Part shown: in pieces, positions 22,496-36,802 of the stretch
Layout of the letters: the number at the start of each line of letters is the position of its first letter
How positions within the stretch are numbered: the stretch's first letter is position 1
From: Pocillopora damicornis
Lineage: Eukaryota
DNA: 64,000 nucleotides
Assembly: GCF_003704095.1 (NCBI RefSeq)
Contig: NW_020846678.1
Coordinates: forward strand, 248,001-312,000
Direction: 5' to 3'
Notes under the pieces: model-generated
Database searches by the model: none
Told to the model about the DNA's origin: nothing
Seen by the model: only the letters and a program-made list of their open reading frames with translations
Position numbers and translations under genes: made by a program

Positions 22496-25400
22496 CGTTG
22501 TTTGTGTAATGTTTCTCTCTTCAGGCTTCATCTATCAACTGGAGATGGCGATAAAATAAACTTCGCGAACTGTCTGTGTCTTAAATCTATGTGGTGGTAT
22601 TTGAAATCAGAGACCGACACAGTTTGAAGAGTATTACCTTCCTAATGTTGTTGAGCAATACTGTTGAAAGATACTCGAAATGTCAGTGTGAGTCCATTTT
22701 GATTCAAACAAAAGACTTAAAGTGACTATAATTGAAAACAAAAATAGGCCAATACATATTTTGCATCATAAGAGAAACCTTCCTACACAATTTTAACTGC
22801 AAGAGAAATCATTGAACTGAAAAGGAGTTAAAAAATAAAATTACATAATGATTTGACCAAGGTTGACCTTCGCATTCTCAGAAAACTTGCAGAAACTGTA
22901 CACCAAATTGCTCTTTTTCCTGTAAGTGCTTGACTCAAATCCATATGGTTGTGGAATTTGAAAAACGCTCTGAAAGTTCTGGGCTACAACAATCCTGACA
23001 GCCAAGGTATTTTTTCTTAAAATGATTTTTGCGCAATGCATGAAGAATCAAGCGTTACTTGTTCATTTGCTGTCAAATCATTTACATATGTATAATAAAC
23101 GAGTTTACTTTAGAGACAAACCGTTTGTTAATTAGTAAAATTAAGAGAAGATGCGCTTGTTAAACATTACTGCAACGGTAAGTTAAGTAAGAATTAGCTA
23201 AGATTTCGATAGCTTATTTGTATGGGTGTTGTGTTAAGTGGAAGAGTTATTCCTCGACATATTTGTTATCTGTAAGGCAGATATTGTAGATATTGCAGAG
23301 GTACGTCTCGACAAGGATAAGGAAACTCAAATAAAGCTTTAAGAAGGATGAACCGCACATGTTTTTTTAATAGCCTCCCATTTTTCCCTACAGTGAGCGG
23401 ATGAAAGCGATCTTAATAAGTACATAATGATTCCAATTAAGGTATACCACAGAGGTTCCATATAAACTCAAGTGCATGCATTACCTTGGAGCTTCTTGAA
23501 TGTGCATCAGTCCAAATAATCTTACATGCCCCTTTCATCGTGAATCGAAAAATTAGTCCAGATCTTGGCGACAATTTTTTTTCAAAACATGTGTTACTTC
23601 ATTCGCTTCACAGAATGTTTATAACAAAAAAATGTGGTTCTAAATGCTTAATTTGTAAATTTATCCTCCTCAAAATGGACGGATTTAACTTCTGATATGC
23701 ACTAAATTTAAAAAAAAAGTGTTCAACAATTAAAGCTGCTAATCTCTGGTTTTTCATAATTTTACCTTAAAAAGGTAAAAAGACGAGTACAGACGTTTCT
23801 TGTACTGGGAAAAGATATTATAATATACTGGAAAAAATGGGATAATGTGTCAATTCTGGCAAATTGTTTACCAAGAAATTTAAACTTTTAGGCTGCAAGG
23901 TCTCCAAGGTGTTTACGAATCTATGGAAAAATTGAGCCTTTGCCAAAATAAATCTTCAGTAATTTCTACGCAGCTTTCCATAACAATCACTGCTAAATTT
24001 TGTAGATTAAAAAAGGGTTTTAAGAGTCAATATTCTACTTTCCTAACTGTACGACTTAATTTTCATCACAAAGCACATTTTTTTATAATCATAAAGCTGC
24101 TTTTAAGTTATCCCTTAGTGTTGAATTGGTTGTTTGAAGCGTCTGTTTTTCCTCAGGTCAAAAGGTGAAACAAGATTGGCCTTCAGTACACGTGCACGTG
24201 CAATTTATTACATCGAACATGTGTTCTTGTTTAACTCATATGTTATTCCAACTGCAGGTGGAAAGATTGCCCCAGGCTAAAGGGAGAAAAAGTGGCTCTT
24301 TTAACAAGCCTGCATGAAATTGTTGCTGCAGGAAAAGGGCGCACTGTTGTCAAGGTAAAAACGTGACTGATACAGAAGAAGCACGTTCAATTGGCCTAAG
24401 GACTTAGCAATAAGACCTCGCATGTTGTACTTGTTAAAATCGTGAAAATAACTAATACTGACCTAATAATGGTTGAAATCATATTTCTCAGACTTGTAAT
24501 TGGTGATTGAAGCAGTACTGCGAAAAAGCTTCAAACGATTATGACTATAGTTACGAATTGAAAACATTTTACTGAAACAAACTGCAGATGATAACTGTTC
24601 ACTAATTCATGACTGTTGTTTAAAGTCACGAAGAGAATTACGAGAGCAAAGGAAGTATTCTGGAAAATTTCTACCACTGTTTGTTTGCCTTTTTTTTTTT
24701 CAGTTGGGTGAAAAACGGTACATTGTTACATTCATAGGAAGTCAACATCTCTTAGGGGGCGATGACCTAGCGTTGAACTAGACTATGCAACATACTTATG
24801 CTACTTAGGGAATTATCACTATTTATTTTAACTTTCCGTGGACATATCCAGTTACGAGTGTTGACAAATAACTCAATTCAAATGAGTAAACAACAACAGG
24901 AGTTTTTTCGATTGCTTGTGGTGAGGGCTGCTGCATCGCTTTGGTAATAGGAATAGTCTGGAAAGTTTGAACTTTTTACGACGCCTTAGAGTTGCAACGT
25001 CAAGAGAAATCAGCTCACCGAATATGATAATATAATCTGCTTGCTAACTTTTAAAAAAATCAAGGATTACTTTACTTATTTTGAACATGAGGTGGAGTTG
25101 TTTTTCCGTGACAAAATAATTTTGATTAATGTAAATCAATTATTGTAAACACGAACTGATTAGTTCAAGAAAAAGTCATTCCACCCTTTCGGCATCTTTC
25201 CAAACCGACCAAAACAAATGAAAATAAAAAAATGATAAAAGGGGAACGGAAAAAAGGCAAAAGAGACAAGCGAAAATAACTGCATCTTTGTATAAGCGAA
25301 ACCTCAACTGGAACAGAATCCTTAATTACCCAGAATGTCGTTTATAGTTACTACAGCAGCATTGTTTTTTTTTTTGTTTTGTTTTTTTTGTGTTAAGCAA

Positions 25401-26827
25401 GCTAATTGACTCATATCTTCAATCCATTAAATTTCTTGTTATTCGTCTGTCATGTGTATGAAGTGACTTCTTTTTTTTTAAACCTTGTGGTGGAAAGCAT
25501 AGCCAATACGTTGCTGTGATTTATCACAAATACTGCTCTTCTAACACCTACGTTCTTGCTGGCAAGTTGAAATGATACTGAGAATGAACCTTTTTAAATC
25601 TGCCGCATTCCTTCATCATCAGAACATCCCAATCAAGAAAGATAAAGTTTGGGTTGACTTTGTTATGAAGCCTTAGGGAAAAATCTCAATTGAAAGAAAG
25701 ATCTTACCTTCTGTCGCATTAAGAGAAAGCAGACATAACCCTTGGCTGATAAGAGCCGAAAATGAAATCGCTAAACAGAGGTTTAATTTTCTGCCAAGCA
25801 TTTTCAAAGGCTAGGAGATTTGTAGATCTTGACCTGACAACGAAGTGAACCTGTCTGTTTTCATGAAATCACCTGTAACCATCTATATATATAGGAAAAT
25901 GCCTTGTCTACGGTATTCAAAGCATTAAGAACAATGTCATTACTTAATAGCTCTAAACTGATATTGGTATGGAGGTTATTTAAAGGATAGCTTCAGTTGA
26001 AAGACACACTCAGTAAAACCGCTCTGCTATCAGTAGGGTCTGATGATATGTCCGCCAGCCTTGCGGGACTATGAAATGGGAGATGATTCGCTGCTAAACG
26101 CCCTGTTGACGAAGTGCACTTTTGGGTATCTCACCAAAACTTAAAACTTAGAAAAAGGTTTGTTAAGTTGGAAAAACACGAGGAAAGCCTTCTAGGTACT
26201 AAAAAATGATCACAAATTGTAAATGACGAATTAACAAGGCTGGATTTTTGAAGGTATAAATTCCTCGAGTGAGGAATTTTGAGTAGCTGCTGAACTCATC
26301 CTGAATATCTCGAAAATATTGAAAACTCATTACATTAGAAACAATTAATATCGTTTAAAAGAAAAGTGGCCGCCACTATCAAATGATCCATTATTGTCTA
26401 CATTCTTCAGTTCTTCACATGTTTTTTTGTATTTTTCAAATTACTTTTTCTGAGAACCTTTAAGGTTTAAATTGAAAAAATCATCGCTAACTTATTTTGT
26501 TAGCTCAAAGATTCTTGACAACCAGAAAGATAATATTAAGCACATTTTCTTTGTCCACATAATGGTGCACGACCATTCCCATGCAACAAAAAAAAACTTG
26601 GTTTCATCAACTGAGTTGATAGATAAATGTAAATTGGCCATCGAAGAGAGTTTCTAAACATTTATAGATTAACTGCTGTTCTGGTGGTGAAAAGAATAAA
26701 TTAAGAGCTATCGTAAATCTGGTCACCATGTGGCCCAAGGGCAGGCATAATAATTTTCCTACTGCTATGAAAAATGACGGCAATTTAGAGGATGAGAAGT
26801 AAGCTTAGTTAATCTCTAGCAGAAGAC

Positions 26828-27000
26828 TAACATCATTGATGAACACTACTTAAGCAGTAGTGAAAATAAGGCCTGAAAAAAAATTCAGGTCTGTACGGGA
26901 TTTGAACTCATGACCTCTGCGATACCGCTGTAGTGCTCTACCAACTGAGCAGTTCATATATATGATTTTCATATATTCACAGTCATTTAACATCATTGAT
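26828..27000 (-). mobile_element. tRNA-derived SINE-like insertion with a 13-bp target-site duplication
   Basis: TAACATCATTGAT is repeated at 26828-26840 and 26988-27000. The minus strand of the insert has tRNA-like GCTCAGTTGGTAGAGCA...GAGTTCAAATCCC (A/B boxes). Confidence 0.75.
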
Positions 27001-30000
27001 TGTTTTTTTGAGAGTTATCAAATACAGTCGTAGCTGTTGAGACGGAAAGGTCGTTTCAAGAAGGGATTAATCAAAAAAGGGATGAATTCTTCAGTATTAC
27101 GCTTCTACAAAGGTACATTCGAACGATCTCTAAATAGGAAACACTTCTCGAATTCCAAATCTTTGAAGTCTAAATTATTGGTTAGTTTAGTTTACTCGCG
27201 AATTGGACAATGAATTTGGCACTCACAGAAACTGAGCCAGATCATATGATTTTTGGTCACACAATTGGAAATTTCAACTTTCTGGCTTTCATCCACAAGT
27301 CTTCAAACTGTTATTAGATAAACAAGTTTTAAAAGGCAGATTAGGCGTGCCAACAGGAGCTCCTTGATTTGTGGTCAGGATTAATCGGTCACGTAGACAC
27401 ACATATGAATTATAATTTCCGTCTAGTTCGTACCTAAAAGACAACAATTTTTCATTGCTGTCTTATAAACATATAAAAAGGCAAGTTATAGAGCACATAA
27501 AACTGCCATGCAACTAAATTGGAAACAACGGGAACCATCGGAAAAAAAGCGGAGGACTTGTCCCAAAGCAAAGTGGTAGTTAATTGCTAATTCTTAATAT
27601 ACACTTCAAAAACAACCAAACAATAACAAATCAGAAGAAATTCAAACAGAAGAAACAAACAAACAAAAATCAAAACAATATCAACACCAAATCATCGACA
27701 ATCACAGAGGATATAGGCAGGCTCATTACGTCCCCCAAACTGATTGTCTTAGGACAGAAGGATCTGAGGGAGAACGAAGATTTCAGATGGCATTCGCTTC
27801 TTCTGATTCAAATATGACCTTGACATTGTTTCAGACATGTACCATTGCGAAATCAAGGCCACCACTTGACAACGAAATGAAGAATAAACGACCTCCGTCA
27901 TGGTGCACGGCAGTCAATGGTTCTCCTACTGTTTTTAATCTCCAGTAAGCGTGTCTAGGCCCCAGTGGTCACACGTCGTTTGCCGACCAAAATAGTTAAT
28001 TATAAGATTCTCGAGATTTCTCAAAAAATAAACAAGCCAAAAAAAATAGAGGAAACTAGAAAAATATGTTAAACCAGGGTGAAATTGTTTGCATGCGTGA
28101 CCCTCTTTAATGAAACGAATTTAAAAATGAAAAAGGCACGAAAGAAAGTAAAGTTCAGTATTCCTGCACAATTTAAGGAAAAATGTAGCAACTGTTTAGC
28201 AAAACTGCGTCATAAACATCTTTATTTTAGCGAGGATATTCATATTAATGTCCATCTGTGCGATTCGTGTCAAATATCTTACAGATAACCTAATAACCGA
28301 ATTGGAAAGATGTCTCAAGGTTCACCGGTTGTCTAAAAACCGCGGCCAAAGGCTCGTTGAAAAAAATTGACCTCACAAATAAAAATGTCTATCAACATTC
28401 TTCATGTTCGGTAATGAAAACAATAACACCGAGCTGGTTCTTCTTAAGCATGAATCCTTTACACCAAGGTGAACTGAACATGCTCTCCGAAAAATTGCTT
28501 CAATCTTTCAATCCCATGCAATTAAGTACTCTAGGTGACTTAATACACCTTTTCCTAGCCTTGTCTTTGGTGTTGTTACTGTTCTGGTTCTTGTTTCTGT
28601 ATTTTGTTTTGTTCTAATTACCTTTGTTGGGTTTTTTTTTATTTTTCTACCCGAAGACAGGGAAACGATACTAGGTTTTGTCGATATCGTCTCAAAGTCA
28701 TCTGGAAACTTTCCATCATGGAAGCTCAATCGTATTCTTATCACAATTTCATCGACTAATAATTTGTGTTTGTCAAGATAAACGAAGATATGATTGAGCA
28801 TAAACATTTCCAGCCTTATCAAATGAAAAATATAAGTGACGAGTCTCAGAATAGGCATTTTTAATATTGACCAAAAATCGTATTGGTTACCATAAGCGAG
28901 TAAGTACAGACGATGGCATCTTCCGCGGGTGTCTGCCGTCATAAATGCACCGACAGAAGGAACCACGACGGCGAAGCCTACGAGAACTAAGCGAAACTGC
29001 AGAGCGTGTGCAAACTATTCACATTTCTACTTCAAATTAAACACTGTAATCACATGTTCAGCCGCAGAGAATATGTAGCATTGTTCAGGAGAGTAAACGC
29101 ATCGAGTTTACCATTAGCGAAAATACGAGAATAAATACAAATTTATTTTTTAACTGACGTTTTCCTAAAACGTCGCCTATATTCCATGGCAAACGCTGAC
29201 AAAAATATTTGAGTTTAAATTTGCTTGGAACTTTGCTAGCTTGAACTTGGTTGACTTTTTTGCTAAACGAAAAAGCACATCTTATCTGCATATCATTCAG
29301 TTTCGAACAATTTCCCTGTTTTTGCGAAATGTTTTCCACGCCAGTGAGCAATTCTAGCTGGTGATCGACTTGAACAGTAATCTTCTTTGCGTTATGATCC
29401 GGGAAATCTCACAGTATGATAAATCTCACCACGAGGGCCACTTTTTTTTTTAAAAAAATTTTGGTGTTGACTAAAAATTCTTCTCCTCAAAGACTGAATA
29501 TGAGCTTCTGGAAATGTGTTTTGAAAACAAAGCGGTGCTTTTTGTCATCGCTATCAAAGAAAATTTCCGAAGGTGCCGCAGGCAAAATCTTTTAAGTACC
29601 CTGTACAGACTTTGGTAATGTCATGATGGTCCGACAAAGGCCATCAGCATGCGATGGAACTTGCACCTTGCATCTGTTGCTCGATGAAAAGATATTATGA
29701 CAGTTTAATTCTTCTAGGTACTTTCAATGCATCTGCGCTTGAGTTTAATCAAGGTTATACCAATTCTCCACCGCTAAGTGTCTTATCTTTACTTTGGGTC
29801 CGTTTGTTTGCTTGCAAAAGATAACTTGGGAAATCAACTTTTAGAGATAATCAAGCACACGTGTCATCTTCATATCACACAAGAAAAGAAACATGTCATC
29901 ACGGCATTATTTACACTATTTACCCGCACGCAAGCCCAGAAATTTATCGGCCCAATCATCGACAAAAGTGGCTTACGGAAAGATAAGAGAAATCCTCGCC

Positions 30001-32137
30001 AGGTCGTTCACGGTTGAAAAGTCAACCACCGCCCCAAGCAATATACTAACGGTTTGTTAAATTCCTTCAAACTGTTTAAAGTTCAAAGCTACAACGGATT
30101 AAAAATTGGAGTGTTTTTTGAGCTCAGGAAAAGTACCCAGTCCGTTTCGGGATCGCGTGTGGGGGAAGGAGGAACCCGAGAACAGGGGGGAGGGGACGGG
30201 TTAAGAAAATGTCCCCTCCCAAAAATGAATCAATTACTGCCTTGTAATGTTTAAGCCTGAGACCTTTCCAGAATTTCAGCCTGCTAAAGGCGGAGCCTCG
30301 AGGACTCCAACTTTCATTCATTTGAGAACTTGGACGAAGAAGGATAAGGATTTACTTCTATTTAATTTGTTAATCTTGTTACTAAAAGACAAGCGAGAAC
30401 AAAAAAGGTTTCTTTTCCGTCGGTTGTAATCATACACTGATTGCTTGCACAGTACTCTTTAATCATGCCGTATGTGTCCCTGTCTGAAACTACTTATCAG
30501 AACAAATATAACATAAGCTTTTAAACCGCGAGTCTCACAATCATAGCAAAAGAGTTGGCAAGTGCAAAGTACACTACTGTCAGTCCAGAAAAGCAAGTAG
30601 TCATTTGTTTCTATGATCCTAACCCTTACAAGCAGCACAGGAAAGGATCTGTCGTGTCCCTAATAACTGAACGTTTGAAAGCTACACCTTCAGAATTGTT
30701 CATGCATTCTAGAAAGTTCGTAAATTTTATGCACTTGCAAGAAGAGTAAAGTAGTCTCATGAGACTCCAAACTTGTCTCGCACGGACAAAAACGAAAAGA
30801 AATGAATTAAACTAAGGCCGGACAATGAGTTACCAAAATTGTTAAATACCAAAGAAAATAAACTGCAGATCAGTTAAATACTATTTTTTTCAGTAAGGAG
30901 AGGCATGCATCACGAAGACCAAATACCATTAGATGACCTTCTGATCGACGGAATACTTTCAGAGAAAGTGGTCTTGTTACCAAACAAACTTTCCCCATTG
31001 AATCGTCAAAGTTATACGTGTAAACTGAAGTTGTGATTTTTCAAACACTTTAATTCTCCTTTTCTAGCACATAAAAAGGGGTTTTTAAAGATGCATTTTA
31101 GTTGTAATTAAAAAATAAATAAATCCAGATTTACTGACTGCGTTTTGTTTGTACATCTGCAGGAGGTTCCCTAAAACACGTTTTGATTAGATGAAGTGTT
31201 AATAGTGTCCTGACTACAAGCAGCGGATAAATGCTGTGGGTAGATTTTTCCAAACTATACCTAAAACAAGCCAGTGCGGTTGAAAGAGGGTACGTGGTCA
31301 ATGTGGTCGGTAGAATTTCATCTTTTTCGAATTACAATATGAACAAAGTGACATATGGATTGCATTTTGCATTTGAGAACTGTTGTTTGACAATCTGGCG
31401 CCAATATACCAAGAGGCTAGTCTCTTTTGAAAGAAAATATCATCCATCGATCTCTGTTAGACAAAGGGGAATGGATCACATTTGTTGATTAAAAACAGTC
31501 TTGACTCGATCTCTTGCTATTTTAAGGTCCATTGATTTTCAGTTTCCCTAAGAACTAACAGATTAATTGAAGTAAGCGAACTCAGTAAAGTGAAAGTAAA
31601 ATGTCCAGTTGTAACGAAAATTGCATATAGGACTTTCTCTTAGCTGGTTTATTCTACAAACATTCAATTTATGAGCTGTTTAATTCATATGACAACTTAA
31701 TCTTACCAAGATGGTGAAATTCGTTAATCTGATAATAACATAAGATATTTTAAAATCATATTGTTTGGGTATTTACAAACTTATCAAGCTTTAGATGGCT
31801 ATCAGACAAAATTTAAATAAAGGGTTCTTGTTTTCTCACCTGGCCTGACATATATATATATATATAGCCATCCCACTGAAAACTGGATTAAGCTCCGTTT
31901 AAGAATAATCGATTGAGGGGCATCCCTTTAAAATATTGCGAACGTCCGTTAGGGTATGCAAATAAATGTCCCTTTCAGAACACGAGGAGATCAAGGAGTG
32001 CGGTTGATTTGAACAATCACTCGATTTGAAATGTTTCATCAGCACATGAGTGTGCCTATCAGAATCAAAGCCGTCACTTTGTATCACGAATAAAATAACA
32101 GTAACATCAACGACGAAGAGTCTTCAACTAAGAATCT

Positions 32138-32290
32138 CACGAACCCCAGACCTTCACGTTTCGCGCTCCGATGCTCTACCATTAAGCCACAGGGACTCTT
32201 AAGGTTGAGCTGGGAAATTGCTGAGTTCACGAATGACACACGTCCCGCAGACTGCTGGGATCAGCAGTGTCGAAAGCGTCACGGGAATAC
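32138..32290 (-). mobile_element. tRNA-derived SINE fragment
   Basis: GAACCCCAGACCTTC...TTCGCGCTCCGATGCTCTACCA..AGCCACAG.GACTC. Related fragments lie at ~52860-52933 and ~56650-56737. Confidence 0.6.
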
Positions 32291-35214
32291 TTTTAAGCTC
32301 AGTAGTCGAATAAATAAAAGAAAATTTCATTTGTCAGTTAAGAGAGCCAAAGAAAGAAATTTAATCTCCCCACGACGACGATGTATCGGTGAGTTTGAAA
32401 ATGTGCCATCATTCTTACACTAAATATTAGCTTCTTTTACTCATTCACGATTTGAGAAGGAGAAAATACCTGCCTGTGGGTCGCGAAATTTAATAAAAAA
32501 AACCTTAATGGATCTGGTTAACCTGCCAGAGTCATAAGGGTGTAATCCATAGAGATTATGTTGAGAAAATTGAATTTTTTAGTTGCTCAACTAAAGAATA
32601 CTGCTAAGACGCGTTAAAAAACTGCAGATAGAAAGGTAAATATTAAGTGCAGGAAAGTTACTATCCTTCTAAAATCGCCACAGCTGTGACAATGGCTCTT
32701 GTTCTTGGCTCACTTAATCAAAAGTTTAAGAAAATGTGTGATTGTTCTCCCTTCCTAAAAAGTGAACAGGATAGTATGCTTAATTTGGGATAAAGCTGAC
32801 TGTTACGCTCTAGAATATTCTTAAGATGAATAATTTAATTAAGTGTAAACATCTTAAGTGTCTAGATGATGAGCCACTTAACACTCAAGTTCCAAATATC
32901 ATAATATGATATTTCCCGCAATACTTTTGCCTACGGCTATAATTGGTTGTATATCTTACATTTGAGGAGAGCATATCAGAATGGCCGTCACCAGATGACA
33001 TCTATGCAAGGAATTTGGCAAGAAATTGAAAGATTATTTAGTTTACATTGCGACTAAAGAAATCGAATTGAAAACCTGACAAGGCAGAGATTCCACAAGA
33101 AGGCAACACACGAAAATACGTTCATCCCAGAGTGCTCTGTGTAGCATGGCTAGACATAAGCAAAGAGATCATTATCAAATGGTAGCATTGCTAATCGTTC
33201 TTAACCTAATTAATCAATTTTTCCACCGTAAGTTGAAAGATTTTCCGTAGCTTGAAATTCGTCGAGATAACTGACAGAGTAAAACCACAAGTATGTGGGT
33301 GGTGCTCACAAGAGTCAAGGGGATGCCTGTTTCAGTTCATTCACCTTGAAAATGTGCAGCAATCATTCCTAGACATGCTAACTGAATGTTACGTGTTTCC
33401 TTGGATCTCATACCCTGGACATTATTAATAAAAAGCCTTGTTTTTAGCTGAAGGATGCGAACTGAAATCTTTCTGAGTCATGCTAAAAATATTTCCAAAC
33501 GCTTCATCAAAGTGGCTGAAGAGATAAACTAAATAAGGGTAGTCGTTCGCGCCATATAGATGACTTTTGGCTTTTACTACACTCCCTTTAAAAAGTTATG
33601 AACATGCAATCGCTTTTTTTTTCCATCCAAGGACCAAACATTAGCCACGGTTAAGGTTTACCGTCTGTTTATTCACTCCAGTTAAAAAGTTTTCCAGCTG
33701 ACCCATGGTGAAATCTGATCTAAAAATATTTACACGAGGAAGTTTCTAGAGGGTGTTAACTATGGAAGCTTTTGTGCGCAAGGGTGGCTTGTTTATCAGT
33801 ATCTAACTGAAGAAGAAGAATCGGTAGGAATAAGATCTAGGGGAAACCAGGTAGAATAAAAGAATTTGGGATGACCCTTTTTCTGTTGATGTCTCCATTC
33901 TGGGGCACACGATGCAGAACGACAAGAATAACGAAGAATGAGTGGAGGGTATCATTGTGAGGATGTTCTCCTGTTCTTACATACGAAATGCCTGAAGCTG
34001 ACTTATCTTTCAATCATATCTCTTCCCTTCCCCAAACTGCTTTGATTAACTGAATTGATAAAAAATCTACCCTCATTTTCCTAAAATGTTCTATCTAAAC
34101 TAAATCTTCTCTTCTTTTTTAGCTTTTATTCGCTAGTTTTTTAGGCATACTAAAAACCTCTCTCTTTCTTCCTCCTTTTAGTTATGACAATATGCACAGT
34201 TTTTTCGCTCATTTAACTAAACCTTTTAAACCATTTCTCAGTACTGTTTCGTACCGCGCAAGCACATCCTTTAAAATTGCACCAAGTTTTCAGAGCTTTC
34301 CACAAAACTCCTCATTAAATGAAGTAACTCAAGAGTTTTCTGTTCGTTCTCCACAATGTTTGTGTGCGCTCTAAAGTTTTTCCTTCCACTCTACATAGGA
34401 AGTGTGGCCGAACGCTGCCTATAGAAGTCCATGGCAAACTCTTTTGGAATAATTGTAATAGAACAAAACTTAATTTAACTCACCCTCTTTTCCAGTCATG
34501 GTTTTACGTTGCTGAGCGGGGAGTGCTGAACTCCAAAAAATTTGCATCGTTATGATAAGGAAACAAAAACGATGCATCATGTCGATTTCCTCCCTAAGCT
34601 GAAGTGAACGACCTAAATCAGTTTGTTCTCATGTTGAAAATACATTGTCTCCACGTTATTAAATACCTTAGCAAAATAGTTCTAGAATCTTCTTCGCTGT
34701 TACAACTGATCCGTTCAGTTTCCTGGTGTTGACATAAGTTGTGGGGGTGAAAGCGCACCTGCACGACTCTTTACATTTTATCATTTTTGGTCAAAGACTG
34801 TTTTCAAGAACAGTTCAACGAGAAATACCCCATTTCTTAAAGCTGAGTTAGTCATCGAAAGGTATTGATAAACAGCAGTCCGTTAGCTGATGGAACTGAT
34901 AATTTGGTTAATTATTAACGTATAGGCAATCTTTAAGGCCAAACCACATTTTGCTTGTCATTTTTTAAAATAATTTCCCTTGTCAGTAATTTGGTCCCTT
35001 TGATCGTTAACTTCTATTTGCCCTTTGTGCACTGATTGCACCAAATATTATTTCTAACATATAGATTCTTGTTCTTCGGGTAGAATGGACGATAAATGGA
35101 CGGAAATAAAAAAAATGGACGTAACACGGGACAAATAACCTCATTTACTATTGATTTGTCTGCAATTCTTCCTTCACTAAGGTTAAGTGTGCGAGTCTCC
35201 AAAAAGCAATTAAT

Positions 35215-35670
35215 ATAACTGATCCTCTTGACTGAAGAAAGCGCCGCTTCTCTTGCCGACCAGATGTAAACGATTACGATTTGTATTTCCGGATTGGGCT
35301 AACAGTTATGCTCTAGAAGATTCTAAATTGTCGGACTTTTACCGAAAATGTCAAAGCGCATTCCTTGTTTAAAGTAAATAAAAAGGTGATTACCTTTTAA
35401 GGTAATTACGGATCAGACAAGTGCTCAAATTAATTCGAAGACAGATCATCATCTTAACTTTTCGAAGCCACTACAGAATGCAACATCAAACATCCACTGA
35501 AACAGGAAAATCCTGAATCTTTCAAGTTTTTTGAGAGTAGGGTGATTTTAATTTTTATAACTTTTATCCCTACCTTCGATTAACCTTTGCAATTTCCTTC
35601 CTAAAATTAATTGGAAGGATCACTGAAAATTGATATCAAGCCCTTTAGCCATGTCTCCTTCCTCTATCTG
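35215..35670. repeat. ~460-bp sequence repeated in inverted orientation at 38800-39260
   Basis: For example, ATTACGGATCAGACAAGTGCTCAAAT (35405-35430) is the reverse complement of ATTTGAGCACTTGTCTGATCCGTAAT (39041-39066). Similarity continues across the block. Confidence 0.85.
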
Positions 35671-36802
35671 AATCGTTAATCTTATCTCACACAGCACGAG
35701 TCAAAGACCATCCCCAAATTGGCACGCTGTTGGCATTGAACATCGTTAAAAAAAAAAAAAAATTACTCGACAGGAGGCATATTTTATTACTTTAATGGTC
35801 ATGCATCGCATGATTTTTGGAACCTATGAATGCATCTTAAAAGATGTTAAGTAGAGGCACCTTTGAAGTTTCTTTTCTGAAAATTATTTAAAATTGTTCT
35901 ACTTACTGAAGAACAAAACAATTTCGATATTTCTTTCTTTACAAATGTATTATTCATAGCCTCCTAATAAAGAGGTCGTAAAATCTGTCTTGTGCAACTT
36001 CTATTTCATTTGCTGCGACATCTTCAGCTGATATAAGGAGTATTTCAAATTCCTACCGATTTTAATCCAAGAAGTGATAACTTCAGGATAAACGAAATTT
36101 AATCATTAGAACAATAAATTTTCAGCCAAGAGTTCGTCTGCAGTGCCATGTGTCACGCTTCAATAGGTAACGTCACACAATGTAACGCGAGAATCAGCTG
36201 TTGAACAAGAGAAGCTCACCAGCCGCTCATCAAACAATATATCTGGTCTTAACTAAATTGCTAAATAATTTTGACTCAGGATCTCTCTTGATTGAATAAA
36301 ACCACTGTTAGTTTCTAGAAATTTTCTAAAAGTTTCTAAAAACCTTTTACCACTTTATACAGGCAAATAGTAGTGCTATGTCGCCATTGTAAATTGTAAT
36401 CCGTCATCCGAGCAGGAAGTGACAGTTTATTTTGCATTGCTTAATACGGCTCAAAAGGCAGCGCACTTTACACTTGCGAAGCTAAGTAATCGTAGAAATT
36501 GAGCATTGAAGTTGTCCTTCGAAAAATTTTGCCTTTTACGAAAAAACAACAGTAAACAAGAAACGATCAACCAGAAGAACTACAAAAAATTGAATTAAAA
36601 AAAAACAACAAACAAATAAATATCTCAAAACAATAATAGAACACCTTCAAAATCATCCACAACACGAGCGGAATACCATATATATATTAATAATGCAAAA
36701 TGTAGGTAATCAAACTGTCAGCAATGCTTTGTTCTGAAGTCATTTGTGATGGGACAGTTGGTCAGAAGAAGTTCTTTCTCATCGGCGCGGATCGCGTAAT
36801 TG

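Noticed and set aside
26035-26105. CTGATGA...GAAA with a small stem: possible hammerhead or C/D snoRNA
   Set aside because: The stem II closing pair is U-U, no proper stem III/I can be built, and the D box reads CTAA rather than CTGA.
28508-28966. 152-aa minus-strand ORF
   Set aside because: Non-ATG start, low-complexity A-rich segment, no domain motif and no exon context.
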